Below are positions 1 to 8,893 of a stretch of DNA of 64,000 bases, piece by piece. Both the position numbers and the translations under genes were made by a program. Position 1 is the first letter of the stretch. Every line of letters begins with the position of its first letter. The notes under the pieces are model-generated. The model had not been told where the DNA came from and did not search any database. It saw nothing but the letters and a program-made list of their open reading frames with translations. This stretch comes from an uncultured Melioribacter sp. (lineage in GTDB: Bacteria > Bacteroidota > Ignavibacteria > Ignavibacteriales > Melioribacteraceae): contig CAZHHG010000001.1 of assembly GCA_964532065.1 (NCBI GenBank), positions 35,811 to 99,810 of the forward strand, given 5' to 3'.

Positions 1-146
1 ATTTCTTTTCTAAATACTTTTCGTGCTGAATCAACATCGTATCTTGCAAGCAGAGGTTTGCCACAATCGGGGCATAAATTCCAGATTCTGTTTTTATCAT
101 AAGTTTTTTTGCAATATCCGCATTCAAGATGAGAATAGTAATTCAT
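1..146 (-). CDS. N-terminal 48 codons of a threonine-synthase-like PLP enzyme with a zinc-ribbon N-terminus (gene continues beyond the left edge)
   Basis: A minus-strand ATG at 144-146 opens a frame that stays open to position 1: MNYYSHLECGYCKKTYDKNRIWNLCPDCGKPLLARYDVDSARKVFRKE. Two CxxC pairs followed by LLARYD resemble the N-terminus of zinc-ribbon threonine synthases. The fragment is too short for a firm call. Confidence 0.4.
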   Translation of the reverse strand, partial: MNYYSHLECGYCKKTYDKNRIWNLCPDCGKPLLARYDVDSARKVFRKE

Positions 147-264
147 GATATTCCCCACATTATTCATTTGGAAAATACTCAAATCATTTGAAAATTCTAA
201 GAATTCCACATTTATCATCCAGGCGGGAGTTTAATAAAAAGGTACCGGATTTTTCTCCTCTAAC

Positions 265-280
265 TACGAAACCTTTCGTA
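265..280. promoter_or_regulatory. Candidate operator of the BlaI-family repressor (perfect 7-2-7 dyad)
   Basis: TACGAAA-CC-TTTCGTA lies 40 nt upstream of the repressor ATG. Its right arm runs into a TATAAC -10-like hexamer (279-284). BlaI/MecI/CopY repressors autoregulate through TAC...GTA-type dyads. Function is inferred only. Confidence 0.4.
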
Positions 281-319
281 TAACCGGGCGTCTGAATATT
301 CAAAGATCCGGAGTTTATT

Positions 320-709
320 ATGACAAAGAAGCAGACGCCAAAGCCGACCGACTCTGAGCTTGAGATTCTTCAGATACTATGGAGAAACGGACCTTCTACT
401 GTAAAGATGGTAAATGAAAATTTAAGTCAGAAAAAAGATGTAGGATACACAACAACACTCAAGCTGATGCAGATCATGTTCGACAAAGGTCTGGTTAGAA
501 GGAATGAGGAGGAACGAAGTCATATCTATTCAGCTGCACTGGAGGAGAATCAGATTCAGACGGCATTGATAGAAAAACTTCTTGAAACGGCCTTCAGCGG
601 ATCGGCGGCCAAGCTTGTAATGCAGGCTCTCGGTAACAGCAAGCCTTCAAAAGATGAACTGGATAAAATAAGAGAACTGATTAATAACATTGATCGGGGG
701 GATCAATGA
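320..709 (+). CDS. BlaI/MecI/CopY-family winged-helix transcriptional repressor
   Basis: 129 aa. The wHTH pattern SELEILQILWRNGPSTVKMV...GYTTTLKLMQIMFDKGLVRR is typical of the Penicillinase_R family. The stop overlaps the start of the downstream M56 sensor gene (ATGA at 706-709). Confidence 0.9.
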   Translation: MTKKQTPKPTDSELEILQILWRNGPSTVKMVNENLSQKKDVGYTTTLKLMQIMFDKGLVRRNEEERSHIYSAALEENQIQTALIEKLLETAFSGSAAKLVMQALGNSKPSKDELDKIRELINNIDRGDQ

Positions 710-2730
710 ACTTTATTTACAATCTAATGCCGGATAATTTTGTTGACGCCGTCGGATTAACAATTTTTCACTCGATCTGGCAGGGACTCATTATTTCTCT
801 CGCGCTTGGAATTGCAATTTCCATTCTTCAAAAAAAGAACTCGAGGCTGCTCTACAAAATTTCTGTCGCGGCTCTTTTGTTCTTCGTTGTCTGTTCGGTG
901 GCTACATTCTCAGAAGTGTATTCAACCGATAAGAATCCGGGTCCGGGTATTAAATCAGAAGAAACGAGAGTACAGCTCCTTGGCTTAATCGAATTAGAAA
1001 CGGAAGAAGAAACAGGGGAATCTTTCTTCGCCTCGAATATCTATAATGACTTAAAATCTATCTTTGACTTTTACAAAACAGAAATATTTTTCATCTGGAT
1101 AGCGGGGCTATTAATTTTTTCATTCCGGTTTGCCGGGGGCGTAATATATGTACAGAGATTACGCAGATCGGGGATTAGCCGTTTACCGGATTCCTGGGAT
1201 CAGACAATCAAATCACTTGCCGGCCGCGCAAAAATAAACCGGCCCGTCCCGGTAATGGAATCGGTTCTGGTTAATGTTCCTGTTGCAATCGGGTATTTAA
1301 AACCATTGATACTGTTGCCCGTAGGAATTCTGACTGGTATCCCACAAAATCAGGTAGAAGCAATAATTGCTCACGAGTTAGCACATATAAAGCGTTACGA
1401 CTTTCCGGTAAATCTTTTTCAGAGCATGGCAGAAGCAATATTCTTTTACCACCCTGCTGTCTGGTGGATCTCATCAATAATACGCCGGGAGCGGGAAAAC
1501 TGCTGTGACGATATCGCATTACAATTATGCGGCGATCCGGTTATCTATTCAAATGCATTACTTAATATTCAGGAGTTTCGCGGCAGCAGGTCTACTCTCG
1601 TGCTTGCCGCTAATGGAAATCAACTTTACAGGAGGATAAAAAGAATGAACGGAAAAAATAACAACCGTCTCTCCTACGGGATTAAATTCGCCGCCTTCGC
1701 TGCTCTTATAATTCTTCTGGCGGTAGCTTCATTATACTCAGGCAGTTCACTTGCGAACATGAAAGGAAAAACCAACTACGCATCCTTCTTCAATAATCCG
1801 ATAGAACTGAAAATTGGAAATGATTCGTATACCGGAACTGACTCTAATCTTTTTGCAACACCGGATACAAGCGGATTAAAAAAAGGAAAGCGGACTTTAA
1901 GCTTTACCGAAAAGGAAAATGGCGAGAGGATCCGTTACAAAGCCAGATTGAAGGATGGAAAACTGATCAGCCTTTCAATTAACGGCGACAAAGTACCGGA
2001 TAACGAATTGAACAGGTACGAATCCAAAATTCAGAAAAAATTCGACGAATACGAGTCGGAATTGCAGGAATATAAAAAGCATAAAGAAGAATACATGAAG
2101 ATTGCTCAGGATTATAAAGTAAAAATGAAAGAGCTGCGCGATAAAATGAAGAACCTGCACAGGGATAATCATGACTTTGATTTCGATTTCGATATACCGC
2201 AACCGGATTTATCCGAACTTCGCGAAGCGATGAAAGACCTAAGGAACGAATTGAAGGAAGGATTTACAGACCACTCCTTTGTTGTTCCACCGATACACAT
2301 TCCCAAAATTGAAATCCCGCCGATTCATATTCCTCCGGTTCCTCCAATAGATTTTAACGATGAGGAATGGGATCAGTGGAAAGATGACCTAAAGAATAAT
2401 ATGGAAGAGTTAAACGAAAAAATGAAAGAACATAAGTGGAATATGGAGGAGTTTAATGAGAATATGAAAGGTTTCAATGAAAAGATGAAAGAGTTCGGTG
2501 TTGAAATGAAAAAATTCGGAGCTTTTATAAAAGAAATGAAAACAGAACTTGTTCAAGATGGAATTATCGGTATCGATGACGATATAGACGAGCTGGTTCT
2601 CTCAGAGGATAAGATGGAAGTGAACGGTAAGAGCATATCCAATGAGTTACACAGAAAATACAAAGATCTTTATGAAAAACACACCGGAAAGAAAATAGAA
2701 GGGAAAAATAAAATCAGAATTAATGACTGA
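706..2730 (+). CDS. BlaR1/MecR1-like M56-family membrane metalloprotease sensor with an atypical coiled-coil / Pro-rich C-terminal region
   Basis: 674 aa, translationally coupled to the repressor gene. It has N-terminal TM helices, the HEXXH motif AHELAHIKRYD, and a further TM around aa 325-345. The C-terminal ~330 aa are Lys/Glu-rich heptad-like repeats plus PPIHIPKIEIPPIHIPPVPPI, not a penicillin-binding sensor domain. Confidence 0.85.
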   Translation: MNFIYNLMPDNFVDAVGLTIFHSIWQGLIISLALGIAISILQKKNSRLLYKISVAALLFFVVCSVATFSEVYSTDKNPGPGIKSEETRVQLLGLIELETEEETGESFFASNIYNDLKSIFDFYKTEIFFIWIAGLLIFSFRFAGGVIYVQRLRRSGISRLPDSWDQTIKSLAGRAKINRPVPVMESVLVNVPVAIGYLKPLILLPVGILTGIPQNQVEAIIAHELAHIKRYDFPVNLFQSMAEAIFFYHPAVWWISSIIRRERENCCDDIALQLCGDPVIYSNALLNIQEFRGSRSTLVLAANGNQLYRRIKRMNGKNNNRLSYGIKFAAFAALIILLAVASLYSGSSLANMKGKTNYASFFNNPIELKIGNDSYTGTDSNLFATPDTSGLKKGKRTLSFTEKENGERIRYKARLKDGKLISLSINGDKVPDNELNRYESKIQKKFDEYESELQEYKKHKEEYMKIAQDYKVKMKELRDKMKNLHRDNHDFDFDFDIPQPDLSELREAMKDLRNELKEGFTDHSFVVPPIHIPKIEIPPIHIPPVPPIDFNDEEWDQWKDDLKNNMEELNEKMKEHKWNMEEFNENMKGFNEKMKEFGVEMKKFGAFIKEMKTELVQDGIIGIDDDIDELVLSEDKMEVNGKSISNELHRKYKDLYEKHTGKKIEGKNKIRIND

Positions 2731-2732
2731 GT

Positions 2733-2785
2733 AAAAAAAATTGAAGCGTCAGTCAGGGCATAACCGCCGTAGACTGACGCTTTCT
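2733..2785. terminator. Bidirectional intrinsic terminator between the convergent blaR1-like and ruvA genes
   Basis: An 11-bp stem AAGCGTCAGTC (2744-2754) pairs with GACTGACGCTT (2772-2782). It is flanked by A8 on the left (T8 on the minus strand) and TTTCTCT on the right. The 17-nt loop is long for a canonical terminator. Confidence 0.5.
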
Positions 2786-3373
2786 CTAATTATTCAGAAT
2801 TGCCAGCGATTCTTTAACGAGATCCTCAATTGATATATTTGGATTCCTATCAGTAACAGCACGCACCGCACGATCCGCGACTTTCTGATTGTAGCCGAGA
2901 TTAACAAGTGCAGCAATCGCGTCTCCCCGAACACTTGAAACACCGCTCAACGAGTCACCTGAACTCTCGGCAAGAGATTCAACTTTATCCCGCAATTCGA
3001 TCATCATCCTTTCGGCGGTTTTCCTTCCTATTCCCGGTACCGAAATTATCCGCGATATGTTGCCGGTCTTAAGAGCTTCCTTGAGATCTTCAATCTGAAT
3101 TCCGGATAATATGCTCTGAGCAGTCTTAGGTCCAATTCCGTTAACAGCGATCAGGAGCTCGAACATCTCCTTTTCGGCAATAGAATAAAATCCGTACAGA
3201 TCAAGTGCGTCCTCTTTTACGCTTAAGTAAGTGTAGAGAGAAACTTCTTCCCTGTCTGCAATTTTTTCGAAAGTATTGATCGAAATATTTACCAGATAAC
3301 CGACCCCCGCGACATCAATTATCAACTTGGTAGGTTTTTTCAGAATTATTTTACCGCTCAGATATCCGATCAT
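2786..3373 (-). CDS. ruvA: Holliday junction branch-migration complex subunit RuvA
   Basis: 195 aa. It has the MIGYLSGKI...VGYLV N-terminal OB-fold pattern, two helix-hairpin-helix motifs (NGIGPKTA, PGIGRKTA) and a C-terminal domain III. Confidence 0.95.
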   Translation of the reverse strand: MIGYLSGKIILKKPTKLIIDVAGVGYLVNISINTFEKIADREEVSLYTYLSVKEDALDLYGFYSIAEKEMFELLIAVNGIGPKTAQSILSGIQIEDLKEALKTGNISRIISVPGIGRKTAERMMIELRDKVESLAESSGDSLSGVSSVRGDAIAALVNLGYNQKVADRAVRAVTDRNPNISIEDLVKESLAILNN

Positions 3374-3390
3374 ATCTTAATTCCTTTTCG

Positions 3391-3927
3391 TTAACCGATT
3401 ACTCTATCCGGATTAGAGCTTACATACTCTTTCCAGTTTCTGCTTTTCCTGTTTGGAGAAGTAACTTTGAATGCGTGGCAAACTGCAACCGCGAGCGCAT
3501 CGCTCTCATCAAATTTAACTTTTATCTTACGAATAACCAGCAGTTTTCTTATCATATACTGCACCTGTTCTTTGGAGGCAGCGCCATTGCCTACAACGGC
3601 TTTCTTAATTTCTCTCGGCGAATATTCTTTTATCTCAAGATTATTATTAATTGCGGCAAGAAGCGAGACGCCCCTCGCATATCCTATCTTTAGCGCCGAT
3701 TGAACATTCTTACCGTAGAAGGAGGTTTCCAGAGAAAATTCCTGAGGATTAAATTTCTTGATTAGCTGGTCAAGTTCATTATAAATCAACTGAAGGCGGG
3801 GGGCAAATTCTTTAGTTGCCGGAATTTTAATTATTCCGGAAGCAACATGTGCGAGTTCGTTCCCTTGAAAATCAACAATACCATAGCCAGTAAAAAGTGT
3901 TCCGGGGTCAACACCTAGTATTCTCAT
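3391..3927 (-). CDS. ruvC: Crossover junction endodeoxyribonuclease RuvC
   Basis: The canonical N-terminus MRILGVDPG starts at ATG 3925-3927. The ORF-track start at 3981 adds 18 non-conserved residues and would overlap the yebC stop, so the start was moved. The product is 178 aa. Confidence 0.92.
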   Translation of the reverse strand: MRILGVDPGTLFTGYGIVDFQGNELAHVASGIIKIPATKEFAPRLQLIYNELDQLIKKFNPQEFSLETSFYGKNVQSALKIGYARGVSLLAAINNNLEIKEYSPREIKKAVVGNGAASKEQVQYMIRKLLVIRKIKVKFDESDALAVAVCHAFKVTSPNRKSRNWKEYVSSNPDRVIG

Positions 3928-3932
3928 AACGG

Positions 3933-4658
3933 TCAGTCGGTAAAATCCGCATTCGTAAAAACATTCTGAACATCGTCGCATTCTTCAAGGGAGTCCATCA
4001 ATTTCATCATCTTTTCAGCCGTATCGCCTGAAAGAGGTAAGTGATTCTTAGCGACCCACTGCAGTGATGCGTTTTCAACGCCAAATTTTTTATCAATCAG
4101 CATTTTTCTAACCGGCTCAAAATATTCGAGCGAAGTTGTTACAACAAAGAATTCCTCTTCCATCTGAAGGTCCTCCGCGCCGGCTTCAAGAACAATCTCC
4201 ATCATTTCATCTTCTGACTTTCCCTCTCTTCCCACAGTAATAACGCCCTTATGTTCAAACATCCAGGCAACAGATCCGGTTTCGCCCATATTTCCGTTTC
4301 CTTTACTGAAGATATGCCGTATCTCCGCGACGGTCCGGTTTTTATTGTCTGTAGCAACTTCAACAAGTAATGCTGCGCCGCCCGGTCCGTATCCTTCATA
4401 AGTAAGTTCGCTAATCTGGGATCCTTCAAGTTCGCCTGTAGCTTTTTTAATTGCACGATCAATATTATCGGCAGGCATATTAGCCGCTTTGGCATTATCA
4501 ATAGCCAGACGCAGACGCGGGTTTCCATCGGGATCTCCCCCGCCCTGCCGGGCAGCGATTGTAATTTCTCTGATAAGCCGTGTAAAAATTTTACCGCGCT
4601 TAGCGTCGAGTGCTCCTTTTTTACGCCTTATGGTTGCCCACTTTGAATGTCCGGACAT
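3933..4658 (-). CDS. yebC: YebC/PmpR-family DNA-binding transcriptional regulator
   Basis: 241 aa. The N-terminus MSGHSKWATIRRKKGALDAKRGKIFTRL is invariant in the YebC/TACO1 (DUF28) family. Confidence 0.95.
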   Translation of the reverse strand: MSGHSKWATIRRKKGALDAKRGKIFTRLIREITIAARQGGGDPDGNPRLRLAIDNAKAANMPADNIDRAIKKATGELEGSQISELTYEGYGPGGAALLVEVATDNKNRTVAEIRHIFSKGNGNMGETGSVAWMFEHKGVITVGREGKSEDEMMEIVLEAGAEDLQMEEEFFVVTTSLEYFEPVRKMLIDKKFGVENASLQWVAKNHLPLSGDTAEKMMKLMDSLEECDDVQNVFTNADFTD

Positions 4659-4680
4659 AAATTAACTCCCGGTTAATTTT

Positions 4681-6396
4681 CTATATTTCTTTTACCTGAA
4701 GATCCTTGAGTCGGATCTGAGGATATGATTTTCCATCCTTAGTGGTTGATTCAATAGTGTATACAATATCAACCAAATTTTTTTCTTTATCAATACGGCT
4801 TGCGAAACCGCCGAGATTGAATCCGATAGCATCAAAGACTTTATCATTACCATTCTGCTTGAAACATGTGACAAGATGGTTGGAGCCAACAATTCTCGGA
4901 GGATAAATAAGAGATACATTTTCGCTTACGAATACAGGCCTTAGATTACCCGGTCCGAATGGAGCAAACTGATCCAGAATGCGTAAAAATTTCGGGGATA
5001 TTTCTGAGAATGCCAGCTTCGCATCTATCTGAATCTCGGGGAGAATATCGCTTTCCCTCATATTAGTTCTCAAAATGGAATTAAATCGTTTTCTAAACTC
5101 ATCAATTTTCTCTATCTCAACCGCCAGGCCTGCAGCTGCCTCATGACCGCCGAATTGTAAGAGAAGATCCTCGCATCCCTGCAATGCTTCATAGATATTA
5201 AAACCGGGTATACTCCTTGCGGATCCCTTTGCAACTCCGTCGATAGTTGTCAGCATAACAGACGGTTTATGAAACTTTTCTACGAGTCGCGACGCAACAA
5301 TTCCGATAACGCCCGGATGCCAGTCGTTATCGTGAAGAACAATTCCCAGGTCGGATTCCAGATTCACGGAAGTTTCAACAATGTCGATTGCGTGTGAAAA
5401 TGTAGCCTCATCAATAGTACGTCGTTTTGTATTTTCATCTTCGAGAACCTGCGCAAGCTCAACGGCTTTTTTCGGATCGCCGGTTGTAAAAAGTTCTACC
5501 GCCCTGTTTGCATCGCCCAGTCTTCCCACAGCATTAACTCTTGGTGCTATTGTAAATACTATTTGCCCCGCGGTAAGATTACCCGGTTCCATTCTTGCGC
5601 TTTTAATTAAAGCGGCAATACCGGGTCGTGGATTTGCGTTTATTAAATCGAGCCCTTCTTTTACGAGCACTCTGTTCTCATCAACAAGAGGTACAATATC
5701 AGCTGCGCCAGCCAAAGCTACAAGGTCGAGGTATTTTAGAGCCATGTCCTTCTTGCCGATCCTGTCGCCTACGGCCGAAGCTAATTTAAATGCAACACCG
5801 GCACCCGAAAGATGTTTGAACGGGTAATTACATCCCGGTTTAATAGGATCAAGAATTGCATAAGCTCTAGGGAGTTCTTCTTTTGGCTGATGATGATCGC
5901 ATACTATAACATCAATGCCGAGTGAATTTGCGTGGTCGATTTCTTCCACCGCCGTTATTCCGCAATCAACAGAAATTATTAGATCCGTCTTCTGCTCTTT
6001 GATATAATCGATGCTCTGAATCGACATTCCGTATCCTTCGGTAAGACGGTTCGGAATATATGTTTCAACATTAGCGCCGAGTTCTTTCAGGAAAAGATAC
6101 ATTAACGCGGCAGAACAGGTTCCGTCTACGTCATAGTCGCCGTAGACATAGATTTTTTCATTATTGGTTAGAGCATTGATAACTCGTATAGATGCTTCCT
6201 GCATTCCGTTCATAAGGAAGGGATCGTGAATTGTAGTAAGCGACGGGCGGAAAAAATTCTTTGCTTCAAAGAAATTTGTAATATTCCTTTGTATCAGGAT
6301 TGAAGCAAGAGCATGGGAAATATTTAAGCTGTCGGATAATGCAAGAATCGATTTTTCATCCGGAGCTTCTTTCAACTTCCATCGGGTTTTTGCCAT
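4681..6396 (-). CDS. recJ: Single-stranded-DNA-specific exonuclease RecJ
   Basis: 571 aa. DHH-family motifs are present (GDYDVDG, VCDHHQP) with the DHHA1 motif GGHEAAAG. Length and domain order are typical of RecJ. Confidence 0.95.
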   Translation of the reverse strand: MAKTRWKLKEAPDEKSILALSDSLNISHALASILIQRNITNFFEAKNFFRPSLTTIHDPFLMNGMQEASIRVINALTNNEKIYVYGDYDVDGTCSAALMYLFLKELGANVETYIPNRLTEGYGMSIQSIDYIKEQKTDLIISVDCGITAVEEIDHANSLGIDVIVCDHHQPKEELPRAYAILDPIKPGCNYPFKHLSGAGVAFKLASAVGDRIGKKDMALKYLDLVALAGAADIVPLVDENRVLVKEGLDLINANPRPGIAALIKSARMEPGNLTAGQIVFTIAPRVNAVGRLGDANRAVELFTTGDPKKAVELAQVLEDENTKRRTIDEATFSHAIDIVETSVNLESDLGIVLHDNDWHPGVIGIVASRLVEKFHKPSVMLTTIDGVAKGSARSIPGFNIYEALQGCEDLLLQFGGHEAAAGLAVEIEKIDEFRKRFNSILRTNMRESDILPEIQIDAKLAFSEISPKFLRILDQFAPFGPGNLRPVFVSENVSLIYPPRIVGSNHLVTCFKQNGNDKVFDAIGFNLGGFASRIDKEKNLVDIVYTIESTTKDGKSYPQIRLKDLQVKEI

Positions 6397-6410
6397 ATTT
6401 CAATTTATAG

Positions 6411-6875
6411 AAGAACACCGATGATGATTCAGCGTCTGTAAGCCGAATTCTGTTCCCCGGTAAAACCGGGGCGGCAGTTATTTATCTAGCCACGGCATTA
6501 CTGCCGTAATCCAGCGGTCCACCCGAAGGTAAATCTGTTTTGCAACAGAATTTCAAGGCGAACAACCCTGCCCCGATAGAATGATCATAAGACCCATCAG
6601 ATCGGGGTACCTTCTGCTTGACCTTGCACCAGGTGGGGTTTGCCCTGCAACGATGTTGCCATCGAAGCGGTGAGCTCTTACCTCGCCTTTTCACCCTTAC
6701 CCCTTGCTTTTAGCTCGGGGCGGTATGTTCTCTGTGGCACTTTCCGTGACTCAAGACTTGCGTACTTGAGCCCCCGGGAGTTACCCGGCACCTCGTTCTG
6801 CGGAGTTCGGACTTTCCTTCCTCCCGTCTAAAACGGGAGGGCAACTGCCCAACGCGAATCATCAACTGTTCTTCT
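6411..6875 (-). ncRNA. rnpB: RNase P RNA, bacterial type A
   Basis: The reverse strand reads ...GGGAGGAAGGAAAGTCCGAACTCCGCAG...GGTAAGGGTGAAAAGGCGAGGTAAGAGCTCACC...GGGCAAACCCCACCTGG...ACAGAATTCGGCTTACAGACGC, which are the universally conserved CR-I to CR-V strings. The termini AGAACA/UGAUGAUUC pair with GAAUCAUCA/UGUUCU to form P1. End coordinates are good to about +/-5 nt. Confidence 0.9.
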
Positions 6876-7019
6876 ACTTACTCTTTTATTTAACATATTT
6901 TTTACCAACTGGCTCAAATATAATAAATTTTAGTTCTGACTGCATTACAAATAATTTGCCATACTCGAACACCCCGATGTATCTTTGATAAACAAAATTT
7001 AATCGATTGGGAGTTTTAT

Positions 7020-8888
7020 ATGGATTCCGGACAAATAAGGACTTTTCTGAATAAAATCGAACTTTTTTTTGATCTGAACGATGACGAGAAAGAATTGCTT
7101 ACTAAAAATTTTGAGGTAAAGGATTACCTGATCAACTCCCATCTTTTCGTTGAGAATACACAGAGAAAAAATCTCTATATCATTTTTGACGGCGAGGTGG
7201 AACTATATAAGAAAACCCCTTTCGGAGAAGAGAAACGGTTATCAATTTTTTCTAAGCACGATTTCCTGGGTGAAGGAGCTTTAATAGACGACTCGCCTCA
7301 CTCAACCTCAGCACGCGCTACGTTGAACACAACTGCTCTGGTTTTACCAAGAGAAAAATTTAAGGAGGTTCTTAAAATTGAACCGGACATTCCTATAAAG
7401 ATTTTTTCCAGGATGGCTAAAGTGATTTTCCGCAGAATGCAGTTTGCTAATTCGCGGGTTATTAATCACGGCGCGCAGTATCAGTCCGGCAGATCCAGAA
7501 CCGAACACGATCTTCTCGGCGACAGAGAAGTACCCCAGGAGGTTTATTACGGAATTCAGACACTGCGCGGGATGGAAAATTTTAATATAAGCGGAGTTAC
7601 AATTTCATTTTATCCTCTTCTGATCGAAGCGCTTGCAGCAGTTAAGATGGCCGCCGCAAAAGCAAATTACGATCTGGGACTACTATCTAAACCTATTACC
7701 GATTCAATAGTTCAGGCATGCCGTGAAATAATGAGCGGTAAATATCACGGCTATTTTGTAATCGATATGGTTCAGGGCGGCGCGGGTACTTCGACTAACA
7801 TGAATGCAAACGAGGTAATCGCTAACCGTGCTCTCGAAATTTTAGGTTACGAAAAAGGGGACTACAAATATTGCCACCCCAACAATCATGTTAACCTGTC
7901 GCAATCTACAAACGACGCATATCCTACCGCGATAAAAATTGCAATTATAAACAGCAATAAAAAACTTGTTGAAGTCCTGGGTAATTTAATCGAATCATTT
8001 CATAAAAAGGCCAGAGAATTTTCAGGCGTTATTAAAATGGGGAGAACCCAGCTTCAGGACGCGGTGCCGATGACACTCGGACAGGAATTTGAAGCTTATG
8101 CCGTTACACTTGAAGAAGAGATCTCGCGCCTGGAAGAGAATGCCCGACTTTTCCTTGAAGTTAATATGGGTGCAACCGCAATAGGTACAGGAATTAACTC
8201 CGATCCGGATTACGGAAAAAAATGTGTTGAACATCTCCGCGAATCAACAGGGCTAAACGTTGTACTCGCAAGAAACCTTGTAGAAGCGACGCAGGATACT
8301 GGTGCATTCGTAATTTATTCTTCCGCGGTTAAACGTTTGGCGGTCAAGCTCTCGAAAATCTGCAATGATCTGCGACTGTTATCCTCCGGCCCCCGCACCG
8401 GATTACACGAAATTAATCTTCCCCCGATGCAACCGGGCTCCTCAATTATGCCCGGTAAAGTAAATCCCGTTATTCCCGAGGTGGTTAATCAAATAGCATT
8501 TAAAGTTATAGGGAACGACCTTACCGTTACTCTCGCTGCTGAAGCAGGACAGCTTGAACTGAACGTTATGGAACCTGTAATTGTCCAGAGTATTTTTGAA
8601 TCGATTGAAATGCTTAAGAACGGAATGAATACCTTAAAGTATAAATGTATAGACGGAATTACGGCAAACGAAGAACATTGCCTCCAGCTTGTTCTAAACA
8701 GTATCGGACTCATTACTGCACTTAATCCTTACCTGGGATATGAGATGTCTACAAAAATTGCCAAGGAGGCAATGGAACAGAACCGCGGTGTTTACGAACT
8801 TGTACTCGAAAAGAATCTTTTAAGCAAGGATGAACTTGACCGGATTCTCTCTCCCGAGAATATGCTCAAACCTCAAAAGATGAAATAG
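7020..8888 (+). CDS. aspA: Aspartate ammonia-lyase with an N-terminal cyclic-nucleotide-binding (CAP effector-type) domain
   Basis: One uninterrupted 622-codon ORF. Residues ~10-140 carry the pattern ...LYIIFDGEVELYKK...FSKHDFLGEGALIDDSPHSTSARA... (cNMP-binding beta-roll). From residue ~158 it reads RTEHDLLGDREVPQEVYYGIQTLRGMENF and carries the signature GSSIMPGKVNPVIPE, which is aspartase type (class II fumarases have KVNPTQ). Confidence 0.85.
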   Translation: MDSGQIRTFLNKIELFFDLNDDEKELLTKNFEVKDYLINSHLFVENTQRKNLYIIFDGEVELYKKTPFGEEKRLSIFSKHDFLGEGALIDDSPHSTSARATLNTTALVLPREKFKEVLKIEPDIPIKIFSRMAKVIFRRMQFANSRVINHGAQYQSGRSRTEHDLLGDREVPQEVYYGIQTLRGMENFNISGVTISFYPLLIEALAAVKMAAAKANYDLGLLSKPITDSIVQACREIMSGKYHGYFVIDMVQGGAGTSTNMNANEVIANRALEILGYEKGDYKYCHPNNHVNLSQSTNDAYPTAIKIAIINSNKKLVEVLGNLIESFHKKAREFSGVIKMGRTQLQDAVPMTLGQEFEAYAVTLEEEISRLEENARLFLEVNMGATAIGTGINSDPDYGKKCVEHLRESTGLNVVLARNLVEATQDTGAFVIYSSAVKRLAVKLSKICNDLRLLSSGPRTGLHEINLPPMQPGSSIMPGKVNPVIPEVVNQIAFKVIGNDLTVTLAAEAGQLELNVMEPVIVQSIFESIEMLKNGMNTLKYKCIDGITANEEHCLQLVLNSIGLITALNPYLGYEMSTKIAKEAMEQNRGVYELVLEKNLLSKDELDRILSPENMLKPQKMK

Positions 8889-8893
8889 TTTTT

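Noticed and set aside
3928-3981. 18-codon N-terminal extension of ruvC in the ORF track
   Set aside because: The extension (MRRCSECFYECGFYRLTV) is not RuvC-like and would overlap the yebC stop. The canonical MRILGVDPG start is at 3927.
5381-5827. 148-aa ORF antisense to recJ, and similar antisense ORFs at 22765-23184, 47187-47597, 60008-60454 and 16431-16826
   Set aside because: Each overlaps a confidently identified gene on the opposite strand. The translations are Ser/Arg/Ala-rich or otherwise compositionally odd and carry no motifs.
6482-6831. ORF-track entries 6482-6694 (-) and 6640-6831 (+), 70 and 63 aa
   Set aside because: Both lie entirely inside the RNase P RNA gene. The region carries all conserved rnpB sequence blocks, and the peptides are Arg/Cys/Pro-rich nonsense typical of structured-RNA translation.
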